Below are positions 1 to 12,793 of a stretch of DNA of 64,000 bases, piece by piece. Every line of letters begins with the position of its first letter. Positions within the stretch are counted from its first letter, which is position 1. This DNA is from Octopus sinensis (Eukaryota). The notes beneath the pieces are model-generated. The model had not been told where the DNA came from. It ran no database searches and saw only the letters and a program-made list of their open reading frames with translations. The position numbers and the translations under genes were made by a program. The stretch is from the NCBI RefSeq assembly GCF_006345805.1, contig NC_043013.1:6696001-6760000 (forward strand), read 5' to 3'.

Positions 1-461
1 TATAGTTACATATACGCATGTATGGTCTGTGTGTGAGTGTGTGTGATTGTGTGCGTGTGTGCGTTGTGTGTGTGATTGTGTGTGTGCACGCGCATGGGTG
101 TGAGAGTGTGTGAGTGCGCGCTCGCACGTGAAAGAGATAAGCGTTTCCCCGCTAGGGTATGTGTATACACTATTCAGTCTCAAAGTCAATAAGCTGAGGC
201 GGATGGTAGAATTTATGGTATTACGCAAAACAGCTGGTCTCACCTCGGCGAAACGATCACTTTATGAATGTATCCATGTATGTATGCATGTAGGTATGCA
301 TGTATGCATGCATGCATGTGTGCTTGTATGTATGTATTTCCTTATCTATGGATTTATGGTTTGGTGTGCATAGATATGAACGCACTCGTGCCTTCATATA
401 TGCATACCACATTCTGAGATGCTTCATATATATACTTATATTCATACATATATGGTTTATA

Positions 462-495
<34 letters not shown>

Positions 496-653
496 CAAAT
501 ATATGTACATATGTATATTTTGTTTGTATATATATATATATGTATATATATATATTTTGTATATGTATATATATATATATATATATATTACATATATATA
601 TTACATATATATATATATATATATTTACTATATATTACATATATATATAATAT

Positions 654-741
<88 letters not shown>

Positions 742-742
<1 letters not shown>

Positions 743-909
743 GCAGGAGTGGCTGTGTGGTAAGTAGCTTGCTAACCACCCACATGGTTCCGGGTTCATT
801 CCCACTGCGTGGCACCTTGGGCAGGTGTCTTCTGCTATAGCCTCGGGCCGACCAAAGCCTTGTGAGTGGATTTGATAGACGGAAACTGAAAAAGTCTATC
901 GTATATATG

Positions 910-942
<33 letters not shown>

Positions 943-1127
943 GTTTGTGTGTCTGTGTTTGTCCATCTAGCATTGCTTGATAACCGATGCTGGTGTGTTT
1001 ACGTCCCCGTCACTTAGCGGTTCGGCAAAATAATATGTCCCGGGGTCGATTTGCTCGACCAAAGGCGGTGCTCCAGCATGGCCGCAGTCAAATGACTGAA
1101 ACAAGTAAAAGAGAGAGAGTAAAGAGT
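742..1127 (+). mobile_element. tRNA-derived SINE family A (CORE-like), near full length with internal (TA/TG)n
   Basis: A-box TGGCTGTGTGG, B-box GGTTCATTCC, CORE-like CACCTTGGGCAGGTGTC, tail GGCGGTGCTCCAGCATGGCCGCAGTCAAATGACTGAAACAAGTAAAAGAG; about 11 copies in the window. Confidence 0.9.
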
Positions 1128-1155
1128 ATATATACATAACTTTTCCTCTCACACC

Positions 1156-1210
1156 GTCTCCGATGAAGGGATATTATTATTAATTAATATCCCAGAAACA
1201 ACTGTAAGAC
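1156..1210 (+). ncRNA. Minimal type I hammerhead ribozyme motif (U4C variant) in a PLE-terminus-like repeat (family H, ~1130-1280)
   Basis: Stem I GTCT/AGAC; core CCGATGA; stem II GGGATATT..AATATCCC; GAAAC-AACT-GTA cleavage triplet. Confidence 0.7.
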
Positions 1211-1241
1211 CTTCTATGCTCTAATATCTATACAGCCTTGG

Positions 1242-1450
1242 TTTTTTTTTATCTCATTACACAAAAAATTCATATATATATAAATACAGATATACATACA
1301 TATGCACACACGCATATATTTATATATACACGCGTTTGTGTGTATGTGTGTGTGCTTGTGTCTATATATAAACATATGCGTGTGTGCATATGTATGTATA
1401 TGTGTATTTATATATATATGAATTTTTTTGTGTAATGAGATGAAAAAAAA

Positions 1451-1451
<1 letters not shown>
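1242..1451. repeat. Foldback 1: ~90 bp near-perfect inverted repeat, ~26 nt loop
   Basis: TTTTATCTCATTACACAAAAAATTCATATAT... mirrored by ...ATATATGAATTTTTTTGTGTAATGAGATGAAAA; the ORF track gives near-identical translations on both strands. Confidence 0.9.
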
Positions 1452-1480
<29 letters not shown>

Positions 1481-1484
<4 letters not shown>

Positions 1485-2030
1485 ACCATTGAGGGTAAAA
1501 TTAATTAGTTATTAATCAATTTTACAAAGTAGTGTTCAGTATGTAAAAGGACCATTTAAGGCGAATTCAAAATATTATATTATATAATTAGGGCTGAGTA
1601 AAGTAAATTACTTTGCCACATACTGAACTTTCTAGAAATAGCAGCCAAAGAGTTTTTTAGCCATTTCCACCACTTTAAGAAAATTTCTCTCAGATAATGT
1701 TTACTCATAAATAACTCACGAAGGTATGGAGGTAAAAACAGAAAAATATCACAAGTACAAAGATCATTTGAGAACGTTAACGTTTCTAGATTAGCCAAAT
1801 AAACTCAGCATTTCTTTCGTCAGCTCAACATTTCTTAATTTGGATTTGGAAGCACTAAAAGGAAGAACATACCCTTCGGCGACGTATCACCTCAGATGAA
1901 CACGCTCAGACTGCCAGTACTAACAAATTCAAAATGCGCAAGCGAAGATTCCTGCTCTCTACCCTTCCACCCACGTGGGTTATCTAGTAAACATATATTT
2001 TAACGGTGAGAACCGAAGCAATAGAACAGA
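1481..2030 (-). mobile_element. PLE terminal-repeat-like segment carrying a second HHR
   Basis: End motif GAGGGTAAAATTAATTAG is related to 10682-10710 and, in reverse, 61840-61880; contains the HHR at 1774-1831. Confidence 0.5.
1774..1831 (-). ncRNA. Hammerhead ribozyme motif with intact CUGACGA core
   Basis: Minus strand ATGTTGAG-CTGACGA-A-AGA..GCTGAG/TTTGGC..TCT-A-GAAAC-GTT-AACGT; same layout as 1156-1210. Confidence 0.55.
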
Positions 2031-2056
2031 GAGATATGAATTATATATTTTTATAT

Positions 2057-2088
<32 letters not shown>

Positions 2089-2118
2089 CATTTATATTTA
2101 GATTTATATGTATATAAT

Positions 2119-2202
<84 letters not shown>

Positions 2203-2874
2203 CAGACAGATACGTCACTAATGTGACTAGGAGCTATAATCAGCACCAGTATTACTAGAAATTAGAGTCAAAACAACTCAATATCCACAAAAACCAGTGT
2301 CTTAACGACTAACAAGGGAGGCAAGTGCACTACAGCTGCGATCATATCCAGATCATCAATGATTTCGCAATACATACACACGCACACACTGATTTATTCG
2401 TATATTTTTATATGTGTGTATAAATGTGTGTGCAAGAGTGCATTTGTATCTGGGTTGATCATAGATATCGATATAACAGCGCATTTATTGATGTTATCAT
2501 TGGTAATATGAAGGGTTTCATTAAATGTTGTAACAAGATATTTTAAGTTCTGCCGTTGTTACACAGAAATCATTCCGGACTTTGGATATGCCTATGGTGG
2601 ATATTAATTTTTTATGTTTTCACCATTCCATAGATGAATGCAGTCATGCTCTGCGTGAGGTAGATTTCTACGTTAAGTCATATATAAATTAATATCTCTG
2701 GTTACCGATCACAAAACGAAAACACACGAATACATACATACATACATACATACATACATACATACATACATACATACATACATACATACTTACATACAAA
2801 CATTCGTACATACATGCATAAGTACATACATACATGCATGCATGCATGCATGTAAGTATATATGTATGTCATTA

Positions 2875-2980
2875 TTCAGTTTTATTTCAAGATTTCTTGC
2901 CAATAGAAAAAGAATCGGTTTCTAACCTAGATCTAAGATTCCTTCACTGGAATTTCAATATCAACAACAGGGTATTTTTG

Positions 2981-2985
<5 letters not shown>
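2875..2985. repeat. Unclassified interspersed repeat (family G)
   Basis: AGTTTTATTTCAAGATTTCTTGCCAATAGA... recurs at 36527-36640. Confidence 0.75.
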
Positions 2986-3014
<29 letters not shown>

Positions 3015-3535
3015 TGGATGGATGGATGGATAGATGAATGGATGGATGGATGGATGGATGGATGGATGGATGGATGGATGTGTGGATGGATGGATGGATG
3101 GATGGATGGATGGATGTATGGATGGATGTATGTATGGATGCATGGATGGATGGATGGATGGATGGATGGATGGGTGGATGGATGGATGGATGGATGGATG
3201 GATGGATGGATGGATGGATGGATGGATGAATGGATGGATGGATGGATGGATGGATGTATGTATGGATGTATGTATGGATGTATGGATGGATGGCTGGATG
3301 GATGTATGGATGGATGTATGGATGGATGGATGGATGTATGGATGGATGGATGGATCGATGGATGGATCGATGGATGTATGGATGGATGTATGGATGGATG
3401 GATGGATGTATGGATGGATGGATGTATGGATGTATAGATGGATGTATGGATGGATGGATGGATGGATGGTGGATGTATGGATGTATGTATGTATGGATGT
3501 ATGGATGGATGTATGGATGGAAGGATGTACGTATG
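3015..3535. repeat. Degenerate (ATGG)n/(ATGT)n tetranucleotide array
   Basis: Directly visible; source of several spurious ORFs. Confidence 0.97.
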
Positions 3536-3646
3536 TATGTAAATAAGAACGTAATTAACAAGAAAACGTTGAAAGAGTTTCACTGAATTTAATAATTAGC
3601 GTTATGCTTAGAAGCATAAAGCTCATTATTATATTCAATATGGATG

Positions 3647-3775
3647 TCTTTTATCTTTTACTTATTTTAGTCATTGGAGAACGAGTTCACCCCAGTAGTT
3701 TAATCTATCGATATCTTCTTGCGAAATCGCTAAGTTACAGTGACGTAAAAAAGTCCTTACTGGTTGTCAAGCAGT
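3647..3775 (-). mobile_element. SINE A 3' fragment, decayed
   Basis: Reverse complement of the SINE A tail (TTTTACTTATTTTAGTCATT..., CGCTAAGTTACAGTGACGTAAA). Confidence 0.65.
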
Positions 3776-3833
3776 AGTTTAGGACATATACAAGTACAAA
3801 GACACACATAGCTATAGACATACACATATACAC

Positions 3834-3876
<43 letters not shown>

Positions 3877-4030
3877 TATGTATATATATATATACACACA
3901 CACATATATATATATGTATATATTTGTGTGTGTGTTTTGTGATATATATGTATATATATTAATATATATTTGTATATGTATATATTTATATGCATATATG
4001 TCTGTACATATGTATGTATACATGTATCCG

Positions 4031-4185
4031 CTGGGTTTCTTTCAGTTTCCGTGAACCAAACCCACTCACAAGTCTTTGGGCCATCGGGTTATAGAAGAGT
4101 ACGCTTGCCAAGAGTGTCATGCCGTGGGACAGAAACCGGAGACATGTGGTTATGAAGCAAACATCTTACCACGCAGCCATACCTG
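4031..4185 (-). mobile_element. SINE A 5' half
   Basis: TTTCAGTTTCC...CACTCACAAG...CTTACCACGCAGCCA is the reverse of head plus core. Confidence 0.85.
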
Positions 4186-5710
4186 TGCTTCCTATTTATG
4201 AAGATATAAATGTATAAAATAGAACCAAGGAACCAACGATATTCGTCGCATTATATTCTAATCCGTTTTAGATAATCGTATGCTGTATAATTTGAAGGTT
4301 CTGATCCTTTAGAAAAAATAAACGTGGGCTACGTCTATTAATGGAAAGAAACAGGATTTCAACTAAATTGGATGTTATTTATTTACTGTGGCATCAAAAG
4401 CTATATACTTGCTTAATCGGGTTGTTTATGTCTTACTCAATATTTAGGAAAGTGATTCGTGATGTGGACAGGGAAGCAATAACCAATCTGTTGTTAATAG
4501 GTTCTGGCGAATTTTAAAGGGAATATCCAATAGAAGTTGTTTTTCGTCTTCAGAGAACACCTCCATCCAATGGACGTGTGTTCACAACACACAGGATTCA
4601 CCTGATTTACAGACACCGCTATGTTTCAGTCTTCATTATGTTTCTCAATAAAATCTACCCCTCGAATTGATGAATCTGACAGGCATGGTTATAGAAAGTA
4701 CCAAAAAAGTATTTATTGATCCATTCCAATGTCTGCTAAATTCATGGGGTGCACGTAGAACAGAGAGGATCCAAACAATACCGTGTTTATTTATTCTTAA
4801 TATGTTCAGCCAGATTTGAACGTGAATATCTGACCGTTTTTTTGTCATTGAAGAACGCTCCTCCCATTAGACGATGCGTGTTCGAAGCATACGCGATTCA
4901 CAAGCGTAAGGGGTCGTCTTTGAGACACCGCATTATTTAGACCTTATTGAGTGCGTCTCCAGCCAGAACTACTCTTCGGGTAAATGATGCTGACTCAAAT
5001 TGCACCTCTCGTTTATAGGAATCAGCAAACAAATCATTTGCTGATGCAAGCTGATAACTGAAAAACGGATAAAAAATCCTGAAGAGCATGCGGTACAGAG
5101 AAGATCGAAAAGCTATAAGGAGCCTTATTCATTCTTAAAACGTTCTGCAAAATTCCTTTATAACTGAAAGCTGCTGCTTTTCGTCATCGCAATAACCTCC
5201 TCCATTTAAACAATGTATTTTTTAACACACGGGATTTAACGATGTCAGGGTATTTTGAGAGAATGAGGTGCTTCAGCCTCATTCTGTTTCTCATTGCTGA
5301 AATCTACCACGCCGAACCGAAGCTACTAATACGAGCACGAGTATTTGTATATATGAATCAGCAAACAAATTATTTACTGATGCAAGCTGCTGCCTGCCAA
5401 ACAGAAAACCTATTTCATTGTTATAGACTTGGCAAGATGTGTAGAAGAAAGTTTACGTTAGACGCATCAATTCATACGAATTTATTCCTTTTATATAAGT
5501 AATACAGTCGTGAATGAATTAATCGTTAAAATTCTGTGTGTAAAATCAGATGTTATTGACACCAATCTAAGATACACAACAGCGATATCTGCATATGTGT
5601 ACGTGTGTGTATTTTTGTGTGTGTGTATGTGTATGTGTGTGTATATATATATAACTATATATATATATATGTGTGTGTGTATGTATATATATAGACACAC
5701 ACATATTACA

Positions 5711-6928
5711 CAGACATGACAGAAGAAAATAGACACCCTTATACTCATTAAAATTTATTTAAAACACAAATTATACATTCAAATTATTTATTAACTGTTA
5801 TAATTTGGATATTTAATATTTAGTAGACATGCCCTTTGCATTTTTCAATGCAAGGACACTATTGGGCATGCTACCAATCAGATGACGAATATTCTCTTGC
5901 GGAACTTCTTGTGAAGTTTCATGCAGTAGTCTCAAAAGATCTGGCTTTGAAGATGCTTTCTTGTTCTTTCTATGAAGTGTCCTGTCCATTATGTGCCGGG
6001 GGTGTTCATATCTGGTGACTGGTTTGGCTATGGAAGCATTTTAATGCCATTCTTATCCGACAAATCTTAGGTCATTTTAGCTGAGTGACAAGGGGCTCCA
6101 TCTTCCATAAATAAAAAGTCTTTAATCATTTCACCACTGGAGAAAATTGAGAAGAGTCCTTTCTACAATATGGACACATATTTATCTGAGTTTATGTTTC
6201 CTTCGCACTCCACCACTTCTGATCGACCATTGCTCCAAATTGCTTCCCAGACCATCACAGAATAGCTACTGTGTTTTATTGTCCGCTGCAATTTTTTCAC
6301 ATCAAATTCTTGATCACAGAATCTCCAAACCCACACTCGACCACTGTCAGGAAATACAGCAAATCTGGACACATCAGAAAATATGACTATGTCCCAAAAT
6401 GCTAGTAGCCTCTCCACCATTTCACTGGCCCACTCTTTTCTCCGCTTGATGTTGGCTGGTCGAAGAAGCGGCTTCCATCTTGCTGCTCTGCCATAGTAAC
6501 CAAGTTTGTGGAGATATCTAACAGCTGTTCTGAGACTGACATGAATTTTGTCTGCTATGTCAGAGGCCTCGCAGCGAGGATTATCCGCCAAATTTCTCTT
6601 AGCAAAGCGAAGGGTCCTGTCAGAAAGCCCTGGTTGATCTGGGCGAGGTAATGTGGATTCCTTCTCGTTTCTGGTGAATTGAACAATCACTCTATTAACT
6701 GTAGAAGGTTTTCTGCGATTTTACGCCATATCCACATTCAGAATGACCCACAGCGTGGCTTCTTTGAAGTTCAGACAGTTCCAAGGCTTCTATTGTAAGT
6801 GGCACGATTAAGCAGTCGCATATAGAACCTGAAGCATAAAAATGACAATAAAAGATATAAACTTGTACAAGTTACAATAAGCACAGAACGATATTTTATG
6901 TTCTGTCTATTTACTTCTGTCATGTGTG
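5711..6928 (-). mobile_element. Full-length Tc1-family DNA transposon, transposase disrupted (~5830-6740)
   Basis: HTH plus [36 protein letters not shown] motifs; ~26 bp TIRs CA(G/C)ACATGACAGAAG(A/T)AAATAGACA at both ends; TA on the right flank. Confidence 0.92.
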
Positions 6929-6947
6929 TATGTATGTATATATGTAT

Positions 6948-6987
<40 letters not shown>

Positions 6988-7575
6988 GTGCGCTCGCCAG
7001 CAAGCACATAGATGAAAAAGAAGTTGGAGAAAATAGTAGTGGAATACCGAAGATAGAGTAATATGCAATAAGATGTTTATTTTATATACACGTGGAACAT
7101 GTGTATAAAACATGTACGCTCCCTGTTGATGTGTATATAGGCAACGCAGGCAAAATATTCTTGAACCGGAAGAAAAATATATGAAATTTTAATTGAGCAA
7201 CGTTATATAAACTCGTGAGACGCAAATGTTAAACATGCTGTATAAATATACTTTGAAATCCTTTGCTTTAAAAGCAGAAAGCCCAAAATTTTCGACGACA
7301 TCGACCCCCGTGTTCTACTACTGATTTTAATTGTATTTCTCATTGTTCGTGGGAAACCAAAACTACGATGCATCACCAAGTTCGAGCATGAAATATTTTT
7401 AGATTTATAATTTGATAATATTTCTCAAAATAAAACAAAACGAATGTATGGAAAGAACAGGATGTATTGAACGACTAGAGTGATAAAAGTTAATAATGAA
7501 CTTACAGAGTAACTGAAATGAAAACAGCAAAAGGACTCCTACAGTTGACTAAACATTTTACACACACAAGGATCG

Positions 7576-7977
7576 AATATTCTTTTCTACTAGGCACGCA
7601 ATTTTGGGAGGAGGGTGCCAGTCGATTAGATCGACTCAAGTATGCAATTGGTAATTAATTTATCGACCCCGAAAGGATGAGAGGCAAAGTCAACCTCAGC
7701 AGAATTTGAACTTAGAATATAAAGACAAACGAAATACCTATTTCTATTTCTCTACTACCCACAAAAGGCTAAACACAGAGGGGACAAACAAGGACAGACA
7801 AACGGATTAAGTCGATAATATCGACCCCAGTGCGTAATTGGTACTTATTTAATCGACCCCGAAAGGATGAAAGGCAAAGTCGACCTCGGCGGAATTTGAA
7901 CTCAGAACGTAAAGACAGACGAAATATCGCTAAGCATTTCACCCGGCGTGCTAACGTCTCTGCCAGCTCGCCGCCTT
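7576..7977 (-). mobile_element. tRNA-SINE family B, dimer (B' long-tail monomer plus headless B monomer)
   Basis: Head GGCGGCGAGCTGGCAGA..GAGTTCAAATTCC; central GACTTTGCCTTTCATCCTTTCGGGGTCGAT (resembles the Meta domain as I recall it); junction GAAATAG|GTATTTCG near 7735-7745. Confidence 0.9.
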
Positions 7978-8124
7978 ACAAAGATTACACAAAAGACCAG
8001 AAAGTTCAGGTGAGAGAGATTAAATATCGGATATATTACTATACAGCACCCCAACAAAAGCAATGGCTTCTAATTTAGGCACAAGAAAAACAGTGTTTCA
8101 TTAGTATTATTTTTTATTTACCGT

Positions 8125-8230
8125 GAATGAATGAAAAGCAAAGTTGACTCCGGTAGGGTTTGAACTCGTAATGTAAGGAGTCGCAAAGGAATACTTTACC
8201 GAAGCCCTAATTATTCTGCCACTACACCCG
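8125..8230 (-). mobile_element. SINE B decayed fragment
   Basis: GAATGAAAAGCAAAGTTGACTCCGGTAGGGTTTGAACTC. Confidence 0.6.
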
Positions 8231-8574
8231 TAGCCTAAAGAATCATTGTTAAGATAGGTCCACCACCCATCAATTATTGCCCGTCTTTTCGTTGTCACAT
8301 CAATAAACATTGAACTTTCTTTTACTCACTTCAGCTTCCGATCTTTCTGAAGAGGATGTAAATGGTCGTTTCTGACAGTTGTGACTTGATGTACGGCATG
8401 GTGGGTGGGTGGGAAGATCGGAAAGGAAAGGACTGTATTTTGGGGCGGTGGAAGGTGGGACTAGATGAAGTATGACTGACGGGGAACATCCGAAGGGGTG
8501 CCTCGCACTCTCATTCCGTCTGTTTTTCTCTGTACAGAACACATACACACAAACACACACACAACATATATATA

Positions 8575-8945
<371 letters not shown>

Positions 8946-9686
8946 ATGTAGTTATATTCATATTATATACTTAAATGCATTTTTACGCACATATATATAA
9001 ATACATTTTATATGAACACACACACACAGGCGCATACACGCACACAGAGCCAGACAGACAGACATACATAGACACATACAGAGAGAGAGGGACAGAGAGA
9101 GAGAGAGAGAGAGAAAGGATGAGTGAGAGAGATAGTGAGAGAGAGATTGATAGATACACAGACAGATTTCGAAGACACAAATATTTACCATTTGCTGATC
9201 CCTCACCGTTCCTCTCTCCCTCTTTCTGTCCCTCTCTCTCGTAACTTCTCTCTCTCCTTCCCCTCTCTCTCTCTCTCTCTCTTGCCTCCTCCTCTCTGGT
9301 CCTTTCTCCTCTCAAAACCCCATCCGTTATTCCCTGTCTCTCCACGAATCTCCTCATCCCCTCTTCACGCTTCTCACCTGTCACTCTCTTTACTCTACGC
9401 ACATTTCCTTCTCACTCCCTCCCTCTCCTCTGTATTGTCTTCTTACTCATACACACCTCTTTCCCCCTCTCTTTCTTCTCATACTCTCCCTCTACTTCAC
9501 TCTCATAACACTCATCCTATCGTTCCTCCTCTCTCATTATTCTTCTGTCCCTGACCAGTCTTCTCCTTAAACAGTCTCTCTCACTCACTCTTTTTCTCAT
9601 TCGCTCTCAATCTTGCTTTCTTTCTCTCTCTCCTTCTCAGTCACTATATCTATCTACCATCCCCTCCCTTTAACATTTATACTTTA

Positions 9687-10081
9687 CCAGCAGTATCGCC
9701 CGGCGTTGCTCGGGTTTATAAGGGAAATAACTATATAAGCATTTTAGAGATGTAAAGTATAATTGCCATCTCAATATGGCTAACCACAAAGGGGGGGGGG
9801 TGTTACTGTAGCTTTTTACGTTCTGAGATTTAATACATTTTTAGAGAGTTACTTCCCTTATATATGCCAAAAATGCATTAAAAATGGGAAAAATTGATGG
9901 TAAATTATTTTTAAAATCGTAGACTCGTCGTAGACGCGCGCTAATACCCAGAAGGGCTCGATATGCATCACGACTATAAGATACCCGGTTTTGGTTAAAC
10001 TGCACCGCAAAATGTGGGAGGAGTTAGGAATCTAAATCGTAGGAGACAGACAGCACACAACCTCACTTTTATATATAAAGA
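9687..10081 (-). mobile_element. Non-autonomous Helitron-like element
   Basis: Minus strand starts A^TCTTTATATATAAAAG with (GTCT) repeats; ends with hairpin CCCGAGCAACGCCGGG followed by CTGG^T (CTRR-like); A/T target. Confidence 0.8.
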
Positions 10082-10237
10082 TATCTCTCACTCCCAACAT
10101 CACTGCCGCAGCCACCATCTCGCAGGTGTCTAACATTCACTCGCTATCATTCTCACTGGCTCTATCTCTTCCCTCTTCCCTTTTTCCCAACACCATACTT
10201 TTCTTTCTTTCTTTCTTTCATTCATTCTTGCCTCCTT

Positions 10238-10308
<71 letters not shown>

Positions 10309-10330
10309 CCTTTATCTCTCTCGATATATA

Positions 10331-10461
<131 letters not shown>

Positions 10462-10467
10462 CCGCGT

Positions 10468-10660
10468 GTGTATAGTTGGCGATCTTCTTTCTCCGTCCTC
10501 GTTTCCTTGGACCTTTCCTTTTTCTATGTTTTTGACGAAGAGCTCCGCTCGAAACGTTAGATGCTCCTACTCCCCTTTCCTTTCGCGAGCGTCCAATAAC
10601 ACTATACCTCTTCCACATCCTCGCGTAGTTATGCTTTCTTTATGTTCATGTTGGATTAAC
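10468..10660 (+). mobile_element. ~190 bp HHR-containing repeat (family F; PLE pLTR or retrozyme-like)
   Basis: Colinear homologue at 61551-61742 (GTTGGCGAT...GAAGAGCTC.GCTCGAAACGTTA...GAGCGTCCAATAA...TTGGATTAAC(TA)n). Confidence 0.8.
10528..10562 (+). ncRNA. Minimal hammerhead motif (C3U variant)
   Basis: GTTT-TTGACGA-A-GAGC-TCC-GCTC-GAAAC-GTT-AGAT. Confidence 0.6.
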
Positions 10661-10774
10661 TATATATATAAAAGTCAAAAAGAGGGTGAAAAAATTGGAT
10701 ATTAATTTAATAACATCAATTTAAACACCAGTGGCCTAGCGTATAAAAGACTGAGATTCAGTAAATATTATTAA

Positions 10775-11022
10775 TATACAACTATGAGAGAGAATCCACT
10801 ATGTGGACGCTCTTACGCTAGATATAGATCCGCAAAGGGACTCAGCCACTAAGAATTGTTCTCAAGAAATAATTCAGCAGACCAAGAACGTAAGCGAGCA
10901 GGACAAATTAAAAATAATGCTGAATTATTTCTTGAGAACAATTCTTAGTGGTTGAGTCCCTTTGCGGATCTATATCTAGCGTAAGAGCATCCACATAGTG
11001 GATTCTCTCTCATAGTTGTATA
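10775..11022. repeat. Foldback 2: 105 bp arms (2 mismatches), 38 nt loop; arms homologous to PLE terminus 58200-58295
   Basis: TATACAACTATGAGAGAGAATCC...AATTCAGCA versus TGCTGAATT...GGATTCTCTCTCATAGTTGTATA. Confidence 0.95.
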
Positions 11023-11033
11023 TAATATATATA

Positions 11034-11064
<31 letters not shown>

Positions 11065-11109
11065 GATAGATAGATAGCGTGCGGCAGACTACCTAGCAGT
11101 CTTGCCCTG

Positions 11110-11155
<46 letters not shown>

Positions 11156-11654
11156 TAGATTATGGTACATACACATTTATGCATATATGCTCGCACATAT
11201 GAATGTGTGTAAATATCCTTGTGTATGTGTGTAGTCGTGTGTGCACGCGTGTATCTTTTGTGCCTGCATCAGTTTTGGTGCGTGTCGTGATGAAATATGT
11301 ATGAAATGTCAGATTTTGACGTCGATATTTAAATGTTACATTGTCGAGTGAATATATGGACTCGAACTACCTGTAACTGAGAAGAGAATAAGAGAGGAGT
11401 GGTCGGAGGTAGAAATGGTTGAGGAGAGGGAGGGAGAGGGAGAGGAAAGAAAGGGAGTAAGATTTTGAAGGAATTGCACAGCAAGGTCCTCGTGAGTTCA
11501 TTTACAAGAATAATGTGAAGTGAGTTATTAGAGAGAAAGACAGAGAGAAAAGGAGAGAGAGAGGTGGGGGGCTACAAGGGGGAGTGGGAGACAAACTGTG
11601 AAGAAATAAGAGGGAAGTGGTTTATAGATATGAAGACAGGGAGACAGAGAGACA

Positions 11655-11665
11655 GCTAGATAGAC

Positions 11666-11728
<63 letters not shown>

Positions 11729-11753
11729 CAGATATATAGATAGATAGACAAAC

Positions 11754-11800
<47 letters not shown>

Positions 11801-12061
11801 GATAGATAGATAGATAAATAGATATATATATATATATATATATATATCTATATATATATATATATATATATTAGACTATATAATATATATACAGATATAT
11901 AGATAAATAGAAAGAGAGATAGATAGATATATAGATAGATATATAGATAGAAAGGTAGATAGATAGATATATAGATAGATATATAGATAGAAGGTAATAG
12001 ATATGTGTACAAAACAACCAGTAACCAAGAATAGTGCGATATATACATAACATATATATAT

Positions 12062-12118
<57 letters not shown>

Positions 12119-12175
12119 GATACATATATATAACACAATAATATATAATATATATATACATATATATACATACAC

Positions 12176-12217
<42 letters not shown>

Positions 12218-12235
12218 TTATGCATGCATATGTAT
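11655..12235. repeat. (GATA)n/(TA)n microsatellite block
   Basis: Directly visible. Confidence 0.95.
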
Positions 12236-12433
12236 ATATATATATACACACACACACACTAGAAAATATGCAGTTTTAGAATGAGGTACATATATTTATA
12301 TGTACCTGTGCAGTCGTGCTCAGGTGCATATATCAACAAACAACCATACTAATTCAACCGTGATTACATACATTCATTCATTCATGCATACATACATATA
12401 TACATACATATGAGTGAGTATTTGTGTATATGG

Positions 12434-12479
<46 letters not shown>

Positions 12480-12751
12480 GTATATGTTATACACGCTTTT
12501 ACATATACATACATAAAGCTGCAGATATACATACACACACATGCACACATACATCATCCATAATATAATATTCCTATATCGTCACTATGGAAATTGCAAT
12601 ATTCCGTACTTTATAAAACTCTAATTTATTAATACCGTGCTACCTACTTCTAAATCACATCGATATTTCACTGCCATGTCTTAATTCTTGTTTATATTTC
12701 TAAGACATCCCTTCACTTGAAAGACATAAAACTATAAAGTTGTTGTTGTTG

Positions 12752-12793
<42 letters not shown>

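Noticed and set aside
2933-3586. Long ORFs such as (HPSI)n and (MDGW)n, and similar (YI)n, (IYLS)n, poly-I, poly-D, poly-M ORFs across the window
   Set aside because: Pure translations of tetra-, di- and trinucleotide microsatellites, open on several frames and both strands.
5078-5120. CTGAAGAG...CGAAAAGC (possible HHR)
   Set aside because: No convincing stem I or stem II.
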